Positions 36,623-45,214 of a stretch of DNA of 64,000 bases are shown here, in pieces. The stretch's first letter is position 1; each line of letters begins with the position of its first letter. Below the pieces are notes generated by a model, which searched no databases, was not told where the DNA came from, and saw only the letters and a program-made list of their open reading frames with translations. The stretch covers positions 189,741 to 253,740 of the IMG/VR virus record IMGVR_UViG_3300047320_000285. One strand, given 5' to 3'. The position numbers and the translations under genes are program-made.

Positions 36623-37033
36623 ATGACCTACAACTACCAGATTGGGGCGACGTATTCGTTCAATACGTACGCGCCGAGTGTACTCGGCAACGACTACCAG
36701 AATGTCAAGATGCTTGGTGTGCTGTCAGCCGATCTGGCCAGCCGCTTGGGTTGCGATATTCAGTCGCTGCAGCAAAAAGTCTTCCCGCAGGTGCCGCCGC
36801 AGAATCACATGTCGACGGACCCCACGCAGTACAACTACATTCAAGTGCAGCTGCAGAACGGTTCCCGCACCATTCTGGGCATGCCATGGATTGACGAGTC
36901 GTCGATTGTAGCCGTCACCGGTCAAACCATTACGGCGATTATCGGTAACGTCACCGCCGATGATCTGTCGGTGATTCGTGACTCGTTGTCGATGAACGGG
37001 TACACCCAAGTCACGCTGACCATCAGTGATTAA
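36623..37033 (+). CDS. Conserved phiKZ-like protein upstream of DNA polymerase (gp49-like), 136 aa
   Basis: Synteny; start MTYNYQIGATYSF. Confidence 0.65.
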   Translation: MTYNYQIGATYSFNTYAPSVLGNDYQNVKMLGVLSADLASRLGCDIQSLQQKVFPQVPPQNHMSTDPTQYNYIQVQLQNGSRTILGMPWIDESSIVAVTGQTITAIIGNVTADDLSVIRDSLSMNGYTQVTLTISD

Positions 37034-37061
37034 GCGGGCCTAAAGAGGTTACCAGTAAAAA

Positions 37062-37079
37062 TTACAGGCACTCTCCATG
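37062..37079 (+). promoter_or_regulatory. Putative nvRNAP promoter TTAC-N10-CATG driving candidate ncRNA 2
   Basis: aaaaattac-aggcactctc-catg. Confidence 0.45.
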
Positions 37080-37494
37080 AAGTGCACAGGGACCGGCACT
37101 CCCTGACGCGTTACACGAACGATTTCCTCCGCATGTCTCTCGCGTCCCGTTTGTGTAGTGCGATTAAACTTCCCACTGGGATTCTGCAGCTGGCGCGCAT
37201 GCGCCGCACGCGGAAGGGAAGAGTGCTGAGCGGGGGTGGCTTGCTAACGGTACGTTTTGCTCTCCTTGTACGACTCCGTTTCATCCACATGAGTGGCGAG
37301 TGCACGATGCTATTGCGCCAAGGCTGCGCTTAGGTCGTCCCCGGCATTCGGATGACAGGTCACCCCCTGCTCTTTTTTAGCCCAGCCGAGTTCTCGTAGT
37401 CTCCTCGTAGCACCAGTGCAAGGCCAGTAGTCCGTGTTGTATCTTGTCACGCAATCCTGAATTTAAGCGAGGACTTCGGTCCTCGCCTTTTTTT
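37079..37494 (+). ncRNA. Candidate large structured non-coding RNA 2 (about 0.42 kb) with a predicted pseudoknot
   Basis: Interleaved helices 37105-110/37141-146 and 37112-120/37149-157; 13-bp helix 37228-240/37359-372; terminator 37467-37494; no credible CDS. Confidence 0.6.
37467..37494 (+). terminator. Intrinsic terminator
   Basis: gcgaggac-ttcg-gtcctcgc-c-T7. Confidence 0.85.
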
Positions 37495-37547
37495 CCCTTT
37501 ATGCCTTTGCGTCAACGATTTGAGAAAATATTGGAGGTCCCAATTGT

Positions 37548-39755
37548 GTGCCAGCGTACATAGAGACGTCGCCACAGAACCAACAAAACAGGATCATCAG
37601 CGCCATGACACAGAATCCGTTTGTCCTGCCTTGGACCGAATACAAGCGGGATATTAACGTGCTGAGGGATTATATCGACGATCAGGCTCGTTATCTGTCG
37701 ATCGAAACCCAACAGCCCTACGAAGTCTGCGAGGCCTTCGTGAAAGAGCAGCTGCGCCCCGGCGGCCAGTTTGAATTCAAAGATCCGCGCTGCCTGTACA
37801 CGGAGCGTGGCGAGAACGGTGACCGGGAGCTAAAAGAAGGTCGCCTGTCGCAGTACTTGCATGAAGCGGTGCATCACGAACGCATGATTGCTCCGTCGCT
37901 CACCACGTATCTAAACCCCGAGCAAGAGCCAGCGTTGCTGGTTGACTTTATCGACGATAACGTCAAGGGTCGGTCGGTCGCGAAGAAAGCCATGTTCGCC
38001 GCACGCCGCGAAGGCAACAAGGTGATGGACAGTATTTACAACAACGAGCAGAACAACCGCAAGTTGTCAAATAATTCCATCTCAGGCGCGCACTTGTCGG
38101 CGGGTCAACCGCTTTACAACAAGACCGCCCACATTACCCTGACCAGTAACTGCCGCTCGACCTCCGGATTCGGCAATGCGAATAACGAGAAGCTGCTCTC
38201 GGGTAATCGCCACTACTGGTCGGTCCAGATTACGCTGAACAACATTATCTCGATCGTCAACCATACCGACTATGATCAGTTGGGGGCAGCGTGTGCGGAG
38301 TACGGCATTCGCTACCCGAGCTTTGATGAGACGATGGAATGCATCCAGTACTCGACCAACCTCTATTGGGCTGATCGTCGCTCGATGGACAAAGTCCGGT
38401 CGCTAGTGGAAAAGTTGACCCCGATCCAACGTGCTGCATTCGTCTATACCGGTGACCTCTACCACCTGATGCGCTTCAATGAGCAACTGGTGCGTGAATT
38501 TATCACCCGTATGTCGTACAAACCGACCGAACCGCATCCTGATCCGGAGTCCGTGATTAAGGCAGCCCCCGAAGATGTGGTCTTCACCGCCGTGCAAATC
38601 TGCGAAGAGCACTTTCGGGGCGTGGGTCCGGATGGCAAAAACATCGACTGGAAGAAGATGGTCGGGACCCGCGAGTACGGGATCTTGGGCGCTACGGTCG
38701 CTAACATCCAGTCGACCTTGGCGGTGTACTTCAACATGATCCGGGCGCTGTGGGTCACGCCGAATGTCCCGGCTTCGCTCGCATGGTTTCCGGATTCGAT
38801 TCGCCGCGCAGCCCTCACGTCCGACACGGACTCGACCATCTTTACCGTGCAGGACTGGATCGAGTGGTACTTTGGTGAGATCAAGGTGGATGCGGCTTCG
38901 AACGGCGTCGCCGCGGTGTTCATCTATTTCTCGTCTGCGTCTATCGTGCACATCCTCGCCCGGATGTCGGCGAACTTTGGGATTAAGGGTGAAAAGCGCC
39001 TGTTCCAGATTGCGATGAAGAACGAGTACAAGTTTGATGTATTCGTGCCCACGCAGGTGGCCAAGCACTACTTCGCGTTGATTGGCTGTCAGGAAGGCGA
39101 TCTCTACGCCAAGTACAAGAAAGAGATCAAGGGGGTGCATCTGAAGTCCTCCAACGCCCCGATCGAAGTCACCAAGAGCGCGGAAGACCTGATGCTCGAC
39201 ATCATGAACCGGGTCCTGAAAGGCCAGAAAATCAGCCTGACCAAGATCCTGCTCGATCTGGCCAACCGGGAACGACAGGTGATGGAGTCGATCGTCCGTG
39301 GCGACAGTCGCTTCTTCCGCAAGGGGCAGATCAAACCCCCGGAGTCCTACACCAAGGCAGCGGACGAAAGCCCGTATATCCAGTACGAAATGTGGCAAGA
39401 AGTCTTTGCCCCGGATTACGGGGATATTCCGCCGCCGCCGTACGTGTGCGTACGCATTGCCACCAGTGCCGATACCCCGGGCAAGTGCAAGGAGTGGCTG
39501 GATGGCTTGGAGAATCAGGCCTTTGCCAATCGCATGCGCAACTGGATGGTACGCAATAACAAGAAGTACATCGGCTCGATCCAGTTGCCCGAGCAGATGG
39601 TGTCCAGTAAAGGCGTCCCCAAAGAGATCCTGCAGATTGCGGGGGCTCGGCAAATTGTGCGTGATACCACCGGCGTGTTTTATCTGATTCTGGAAGCCTT
39701 GGGGTTCTTCATGCTCGACGACAAGATCTCGCGTCTGGCCATGGATCTCTACTAA
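37548..39755 (+). CDS. Family-B DNA polymerase, polymerase-domain subunit (phiKZ gp50-like), 735 aa; start may be 37605
   Basis: RKLSNNSISG (motif B), AALTSDTDSTIF (motif C), AKHYFA, KGVHLKSS. Confidence 0.9.
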   Translation: MPAYIETSPQNQQNRIISAMTQNPFVLPWTEYKRDINVLRDYIDDQARYLSIETQQPYEVCEAFVKEQLRPGGQFEFKDPRCLYTERGENGDRELKEGRLSQYLHEAVHHERMIAPSLTTYLNPEQEPALLVDFIDDNVKGRSVAKKAMFAARREGNKVMDSIYNNEQNNRKLSNNSISGAHLSAGQPLYNKTAHITLTSNCRSTSGFGNANNEKLLSGNRHYWSVQITLNNIISIVNHTDYDQLGAACAEYGIRYPSFDETMECIQYSTNLYWADRRSMDKVRSLVEKLTPIQRAAFVYTGDLYHLMRFNEQLVREFITRMSYKPTEPHPDPESVIKAAPEDVVFTAVQICEEHFRGVGPDGKNIDWKKMVGTREYGILGATVANIQSTLAVYFNMIRALWVTPNVPASLAWFPDSIRRAALTSDTDSTIFTVQDWIEWYFGEIKVDAASNGVAAVFIYFSSASIVHILARMSANFGIKGEKRLFQIAMKNEYKFDVFVPTQVAKHYFALIGCQEGDLYAKYKKEIKGVHLKSSNAPIEVTKSAEDLMLDIMNRVLKGQKISLTKILLDLANRERQVMESIVRGDSRFFRKGQIKPPESYTKAADESPYIQYEMWQEVFAPDYGDIPPPPYVCVRIATSADTPGKCKEWLDGLENQAFANRMRNWMVRNNKKYIGSIQLPEQMVSSKGVPKEILQIAGARQIVRDTTGVFYLILEALGFFMLDDKISRLAMDLY

Positions 39756-39853
39756 ACGGTTGCAGCGTCTCATCGTTATGAGTGGGGCTTCGGCCCTGCT
39801 CATTAGCACAACACCTACGATTAGACCTTGGAACAACTTGGGGGTAGTACCTT

Positions 39854-40132
39854 ATGGATTTCGAACTGGAGATGCAACATGCGAAAATGCTCGTGGCATT
39901 AGTGGAGACTGGCCCCTTGCATCAGCAGGAACTCGGTGACGCCCTGACCCGGGAAGCACTGATACGGCACGGACTGGCATCGAAGATTGTGTTCGACGGA
40001 GAACAGAACTTTATCGCCGCCACGTATCTGGGCAGTAGTATTTACTGCAAGAAGATTGTCGGGGAAGACATCTTGCAGCATGCGATTCAAAAACGCAAGA
40101 AGCAGGGTGAAGTTGCGAGGCTCGCGAGATAG
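39854..40132 (+). CDS. Small hypothetical protein, 92 aa
   Basis: Fills the gap between polymerase and the convergent terminator. Confidence 0.55.
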   Translation: MDFELEMQHAKMLVALVETGPLHQQELGDALTREALIRHGLASKIVFDGEQNFIAATYLGSSIYCKKIVGEDILQHAIQKRKKQGEVARLAR

Positions 40133-40151
40133 GGACCCAACAATAACTACT

Positions 40152-40203
40152 GGCATAAAAGCCGGGTGAGACGTGCTCACCCGGCCCTTCAGCCTTTATG
40201 CCG
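40152..40203. terminator. Bidirectional terminator with GGCATAAAA/TTTATGCCG foot
   Basis: gccgggtgag-acgtg-ctcacccggc flanked by the motif. Confidence 0.7.
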
Positions 40204-41302
40204 TAATCCGGCTGGCAATCCCATCCAGTTCCAGCTCCACGTCACTGTACAGCTCGGCGGGTAGCAGGTTGCGGAAGAGATTGCTATTCTGGTACATACG
40301 AATCGTTTGCCTGAGTCGGTTGATTTCCTGACCGTTCTTGGCCATCCCGCTATTAATGCCGGTACGGGTCAGAAAGTCAATCGCCGGAAAGCGCGCCAGC
40401 CCCAAGGCCCAGACGACCTGACGGGTCGCAGCCATCTGTGGCACACTCATCACCCCCTGCATATTGGGCTGATCCACGGCCGGGATATTGAACAACGTCT
40501 CCCCAAACGACTTGGTGACCCGATGCAGGTTATTCAATAGCGTGCTCTGGGTCGCATTGAGTTTCTGGCTGAAGTCGGTCACATAGAACGGATGCTTCTT
40601 CAGGGGTCCGCCCATCGGTGCCCCTTTGGCCAGATTGTTAATCCGGTTAAACAGCACGTAATCCAGATGACTGGGCAGCATGTTGGGCAACACGTACATG
40701 TGGACAAACTGATTGATGCTGCGCGGTGACTCATCGTACAGTTGCGACAGATATTGCTCCCGTTGCCAGAAACTGCGATACTGCACCAGCAACATCGGCA
40801 CGTTGATCGCAATCACGGCGACGCCTTCTTCCGCCCCGGTCTTGGTCCCATCGGGTAGCAGTAACTCCAGATCACTGCGAGGATGGCGCAAGACCCGGAC
40901 CGGTCGTAGATGCTCCCAGTGTTTCTCGGCTTCAAACGGATCGAAGTCCGCCGTGTGAGCAATCAGGATCTCGTCACAGCCGGGCCCGTAGAAGGTCCCT
41001 TTAAATGGATGGCCGGAGGATAACGAGGACGTCATCTTCAGCGCCATGCTGAGGTTGAGCGAGAACAGGCCATCGACGTTATCGTAATAGCGCTCGATCG
41101 GCATGCTTTTGCCCACGGTGCTCGATTGCAGCAGGCGGATAATAAAGTGGTCGGACGCCACCGCCATGGGCGCGCGGCGATAATATCGCATCACCTGTTC
41201 CAGATTCTTCTGGAGCCCGGTATGCAGGTAGTTCCAATTCGCGGCATACACTTTACCGGGACTGGCAGTCAGGTCGAAGTCAAAGATCTGGTACATACGC
41301 AC
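40196..41302 (-). CDS. Conserved virion structural protein (phiKZ gp52-like), 368 aa
   Basis: Opposite-strand gene between DNA polymerase and the gp53-chimallin block, as in phiKZ. Confidence 0.65.
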   Translation of the reverse strand: MRMYQIFDFDLTASPGKVYAANWNYLHTGLQKNLEQVMRYYRRAPMAVASDHFIIRLLQSSTVGKSMPIERYYDNVDGLFSLNLSMALKMTSSLSSGHPFKGTFYGPGCDEILIAHTADFDPFEAEKHWEHLRPVRVLRHPRSDLELLLPDGTKTGAEEGVAVIAINVPMLLVQYRSFWQREQYLSQLYDESPRSINQFVHMYVLPNMLPSHLDYVLFNRINNLAKGAPMGGPLKKHPFYVTDFSQKLNATQSTLLNNLHRVTKSFGETLFNIPAVDQPNMQGVMSVPQMAATRQVVWALGLARFPAIDFLTRTGINSGMAKNGQEINRLRQTIRMYQNSNLFRNLLPAELYSDVELELDGIASRITA

Positions 41303-41424
41303 GCATCCGGGTTAGTCGGTTTTAACATACGATGGTCCTTTATCCAGACCGATGGAAATTTACGTGTGCGGTACCACTTATGTGGAGACTACTCCATCTT
41401 AACCAAACAAGGAAGAACGAGATC

Positions 41425-42312
41425 ATGGGAAAACAATCCCGAGCGCTGAATCGCGCCAAGGCAGCCGCACCTGTGTTGCCGCCGTCCCAGACGTTGTCCG
41501 AAGAACAAATGGCGGAACTGCGTGCCAAGCACCAGCGTCAGCAGCGTTTCAACGGCTTCGTGCAGAAACGCCCGACCCCGGTCTACTGGCAGCCGGTGAT
41601 GCAGCATCTGGCCACGCTGGATAAAGTGGCGGACGTGCGTTGGACCGACGACACGCTCAAGACGCTGATCGACGACCAAGTGGTGCACGGTTTGCTGAGC
41701 GGCAATATCACTGTCTACAAGGCACGTGATGTCGCCACCGGCAGTCTGCTCACGCAGTACAGCGTCAAGCAAGCGTACCCGAAGCCGCGTTGGCCGATCT
41801 ATCCGGCCGGTCTGCAATTGCAGATCGAGATGAACAAGCAGCAGCATCTGGAACGCATGCGCCCGCTGTTCAACGGTGAAGTGCTCAAGCATGGCCGTCT
41901 GAATATTCCGGCGTATTTCGCTGCGCTCGAACAGATCCGCATGAACGACGAAGCGAAAGCCAAGGCACTGGAAGAAGCCCGTTCGATCGGCGACGGCGGT
42001 AAGGACATTGCGGCGCGTATCGCGGCCGGTGACGTCGAATTCGCTGAAGCCGAGATCACCACGCAGTACGGTGAAGGGGTGCCGGCGTTCATCGAGCAGG
42101 TCCTGAACGAGACCAAACTTCCGAATGGTCTCGTGCAAGTCGAGACCAAGAAGGTCGAAGAAGTACTGGTCGATCCCCAAGATCCGGTCGCGACCGGTCT
42201 GGCGCTCGAACGGCAAGCCGACGTCGATGCGACGTTTGAAGGCGCGCAACTCGCTGCTGGCGGTATCAAAGACGCCATCGAAGAAGGATTGAAGCTGTCG
42301 TCGGAGCAGTAA
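41425..42312 (+). CDS. Conserved hypothetical protein (phiKZ gp53-like position), 295 aa
   Basis: SD aagga; synteny upstream of chimallin. Confidence 0.65.
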   Translation: MGKQSRALNRAKAAAPVLPPSQTLSEEQMAELRAKHQRQQRFNGFVQKRPTPVYWQPVMQHLATLDKVADVRWTDDTLKTLIDDQVVHGLLSGNITVYKARDVATGSLLTQYSVKQAYPKPRWPIYPAGLQLQIEMNKQQHLERMRPLFNGEVLKHGRLNIPAYFAALEQIRMNDEAKAKALEEARSIGDGGKDIAARIAAGDVEFAEAEITTQYGEGVPAFIEQVLNETKLPNGLVQVETKKVEEVLVDPQDPVATGLALERQADVDATFEGAQLAAGGIKDAIEEGLKLSSEQ

Positions 42313-42332
42313 CGTCGTCGTTCTGTAAATTT

Positions 42333-42351
42333 TTACACAGCGATCCCTATG
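42333..42351 (+). promoter_or_regulatory. Putative nvRNAP promoter TTAC-N11-TATG
   Basis: aaatttttac-acagcgatccc-tatg. Confidence 0.45.
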
Positions 42352-42453
42352 GTATAGGAAGGACTACATCGCCTTCCAAACTCGACCACGTGACAGGCGG
42401 GGTCGGGGTAGGCAGTCATGATGTTGTCCTATTCCGTTGAAGAGATTTGAGGG

Positions 42454-43098
42454 ATGAAAACGAATGAACAGGTTACTGCATGTATCGCTCGTGGCTATCC
42501 TGAGACAGACGCAGAAGCATGGTATCGGAAGTTCGTGGTACAGCGTAGCCATGCTCAGCAACGCGGGATCGGTAGGGATCTGACATTCGAGCAGTATCTT
42601 AGTTTGGCTAAGGAATCCGGTCTGGAGAATCCAGCCATGATCGGCAAAAGCGACGGTTGTTACCATCTTGCACGTATTGAAGATGCGGGTGATTACACGC
42701 TTAGTAATTGTCGTTTCATTCCTGCTGAACATAATCGTCTTGAGGCGGTTGAGAATGGTCGATACGCAGAAGGTCAGCAATGGCGCGTTGGTCAAACAAA
42801 GGAGACGTCTGAAACAATCAGACGAATGGCAGAAACCAAAACTGGGAGAACGAAAGTCTCTCACCAAGGGATCGCCACTCAGGCGGATAAGCTTGCAAAA
42901 GAGTTTGTCCTAAAGGCTCCGGATGGAACTGTTCATCGGGGGAAGAATGTCGTAGAGTTCTGCAGGGAGCATGGTCTCCAACACAGTAATCTTTACGGTG
43001 TCTTCTCCGGAAAAAAGAACCATCATAAAGGCTGGACTGGTCACTACGTGAGTAGCAGCCAAGAAAGCTGTGATCAAGAAAATCTCAATCCCATATAA
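42454..43098 (+). mobile_element. Free-standing HNH-like homing endonuclease gene, paralog of 28751..29380, 214 aa
   Basis: QRGIGRDLTFEQY, HLARIEDAGDY..SNCRFI...HN, GQTKET, APDG..HRG...FCREHGL...KGW; more A/T-ending codons than its neighbours. Confidence 0.75.
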
Positions 43099-43170
43099 TC
43101 TCTTAGTGCGGGACATGGAAATCGCACACTACACGTGTATTGTGAAACTATTTCAGAACAAGGAATGATC

Positions 43171-45111
43171 ATGGCAGTCGAACACGACAACAATGGCGGC
43201 AACGGCAAGCAAGAAACGGCGATTGGCGCCGCTATGAGTGAGTCGATGGCCCGTCAGGAACAACAACGTAATACCAACAGTAATCAAGGAGCCCGCATGA
43301 ACCAGCCCGAATCGAATCGCCAGCGTTTCTCTTTCCGCACGCCTGGCCGTATCCTGAACACCCACATCGCGCGCTCGCCGATGTCGGAAGTGCTCGTCAA
43401 GCTCGAGACCAAGTTCAAGGAATTCTATCAACCGTACCTCGGCGATCTGGCCATCAAGCTGATCTCGCTGGACGTGAACACGGTCACCGAAATCACGCAG
43501 TCGGTGCTGATCGTCGCTGCGCGCCGCAAGGCCGACGAAGGCGATGCCGTCGCGTACCACACGCTGATCCTCGACGGCACGGGCGGCGAGCTGCAGAACC
43601 GTTTCGACAACTGGCAAGGCGTGCAGTACGAAATCAAGCGTCTGCCGTCGGACGTGTGGGATCGCAAGCTGCGCGACTTCGTGCGTCAGGAAGTCGGTCG
43701 TCAAACCGGCAGCGACAACCTGATCGAAATGGATTCGTGCGTGATTCCGCGCGACTTCCCGTTCGACGACGCTGAAGCCAGCAAGGCCCTGCAGCAAATG
43801 GTCGCCGCCAACGCGCTGATCGCGGACAACACGCAGCTCGAAGCCGACGACAAGGACTTCCCGGACCTGAACCTCGCTGACGCGCAGAACGACTCGCTGC
43901 TGTCGACGCGCGTGCTGTTCAACGACGCGCCGACGACCAACATCGTCAACAAGCCGGTGCGGGCGGACATCAACATCCGCATGACGGCCGCCGGCACGCA
44001 GCAATCGCAGAATCCGGACCGTGTCACGGACGTCGCTGGTATCTCGGCGTTCCTCGACGTGATCCTGTTGCGCGATCCGGCTGCAATCTTCAACCCGGGC
44101 TTCGGTCAGCAGTACGCCGCGTTCGGTCAGCAGCAGCAACAACGCCCGCCGCTGTACGGCGCGCACATGGTCATCACGAGCATGGAAACGGCGCAGCTGC
44201 AAACCACGGCCGCGCAGGAACTGGCCCTCGTGCAAGCGATGATGCTGCGTCAGGACAACCTGTGGACGGGTGGCTTCATGCCGCGCCCGTACGACAAGGA
44301 CGTCGATCTGCGTGACATCGGCGCGTTGGGCTACGAAGCCAAGCTCGAAGTCGACGAACAAGGCAACGGCAAGCGCATCGACACCAAGTCGGATCGCTTC
44401 CGTCCGGAACTGTTCGGCGGCCTGATGACGTTGCTGTTCGAACCGGGTCTGGCCGTGTCGCTGGACGTCTCGGATGCAGGTCCCGATACGTGGTACAACG
44501 GCGTGTTTGCCCAAGCCGCATGGGGTAGCCAGAACGCTAACGCGGAAATCATCCGCTCGGCGATGACGCTGTCCAACGGTCTGTTCGCGGACATCTACAA
44601 GCAGATGGGTGGTACGGGCCGCGTGGTCGACGCCAAGGAAAACAAGATCCACCTCGGCACGATGCGCGCACCGGACGGTTCGGTGGTCGACATCCGTTGC
44701 GGCGATTCGTACCTCGCCGTGGCGAACATGATTGGCGACAAGGATCTGTCGGTGCTGCAAACGTACTCGGACACGCACCTCGCGACGAACATCCCGCTGC
44801 CGGTGCGTCTGGCCGAGCGTGCGCGGATCCTGACGAAGCTGTTCAACCCGTCGTTCGAAGGTTACGCGACGCGTTGCACGTTCGAAGCGAAGTTCCTCGA
44901 CGCGCTGGCAGAAGCTTGCCACCAAGCGGGTCTGTCGCTGCGTCCGCAAATGCCGAACACCGGCTACGCGACGCGCGAGCGTGCAACGGCGCAGTTCGCC
45001 GGCGCCATGCTCATGGGCGGCAACAACGCATCGGGCCTCTTCACGAGCGGCTTCGGTCAGCAACAACAGTCGTTCGGCGGCAATCGCTCGTACGGTCGTT
45101 GGGGCGCGTAA
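43171..45111 (+). CDS. chmA: Chimallin, nuclear shell protein (phiKZ gp54-like)
   Basis: About 646 aa, extremely biased codons, own strong terminator, directly upstream of nvRNAP beta'; RDIGALGYE, RCGDSYLAV, G/Q/F-rich C-terminal segments. Confidence 0.85.
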   Translation: MAVEHDNNGGNGKQETAIGAAMSESMARQEQQRNTNSNQGARMNQPESNRQRFSFRTPGRILNTHIARSPMSEVLVKLETKFKEFYQPYLGDLAIKLISLDVNTVTEITQSVLIVAARRKADEGDAVAYHTLILDGTGGELQNRFDNWQGVQYEIKRLPSDVWDRKLRDFVRQEVGRQTGSDNLIEMDSCVIPRDFPFDDAEASKALQQMVAANALIADNTQLEADDKDFPDLNLADAQNDSLLSTRVLFNDAPTTNIVNKPVRADINIRMTAAGTQQSQNPDRVTDVAGISAFLDVILLRDPAAIFNPGFGQQYAAFGQQQQQRPPLYGAHMVITSMETAQLQTTAAQELALVQAMMLRQDNLWTGGFMPRPYDKDVDLRDIGALGYEAKLEVDEQGNGKRIDTKSDRFRPELFGGLMTLLFEPGLAVSLDVSDAGPDTWYNGVFAQAAWGSQNANAEIIRSAMTLSNGLFADIYKQMGGTGRVVDAKENKIHLGTMRAPDGSVVDIRCGDSYLAVANMIGDKDLSVLQTYSDTHLATNIPLPVRLAERARILTKLFNPSFEGYATRCTFEAKFLDALAEACHQAGLSLRPQMPNTGYATRERATAQFAGAMLMGGNNASGLFTSGFGQQQQSFGGNRSYGRWGA

Positions 45112-45153
45112 GTTCCATCGGCAGGGCTAGGGTCACCTAGTCCAAGGACGATG

Positions 45154-45190
45154 GAGGGAGAGACTTCGGTCTCTCCCTCTTTCTTTTTTT
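45154..45190 (+). terminator. Intrinsic terminator after chmA
   Basis: gagggagagac-ttcg-gtctctccctc followed by a T-run. Confidence 0.85.
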
Positions 45191-45214
45191 CCTTTCGCTG
45201 ATGGAGAATCGAAG

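Noticed and set aside
37082-37333. 83-aa (+) and 64-aa (-) ORFs in the gp49-polymerase gap
   Set aside because: No SD, Arg-rich atypical composition, and overlap with extensive predicted helices.
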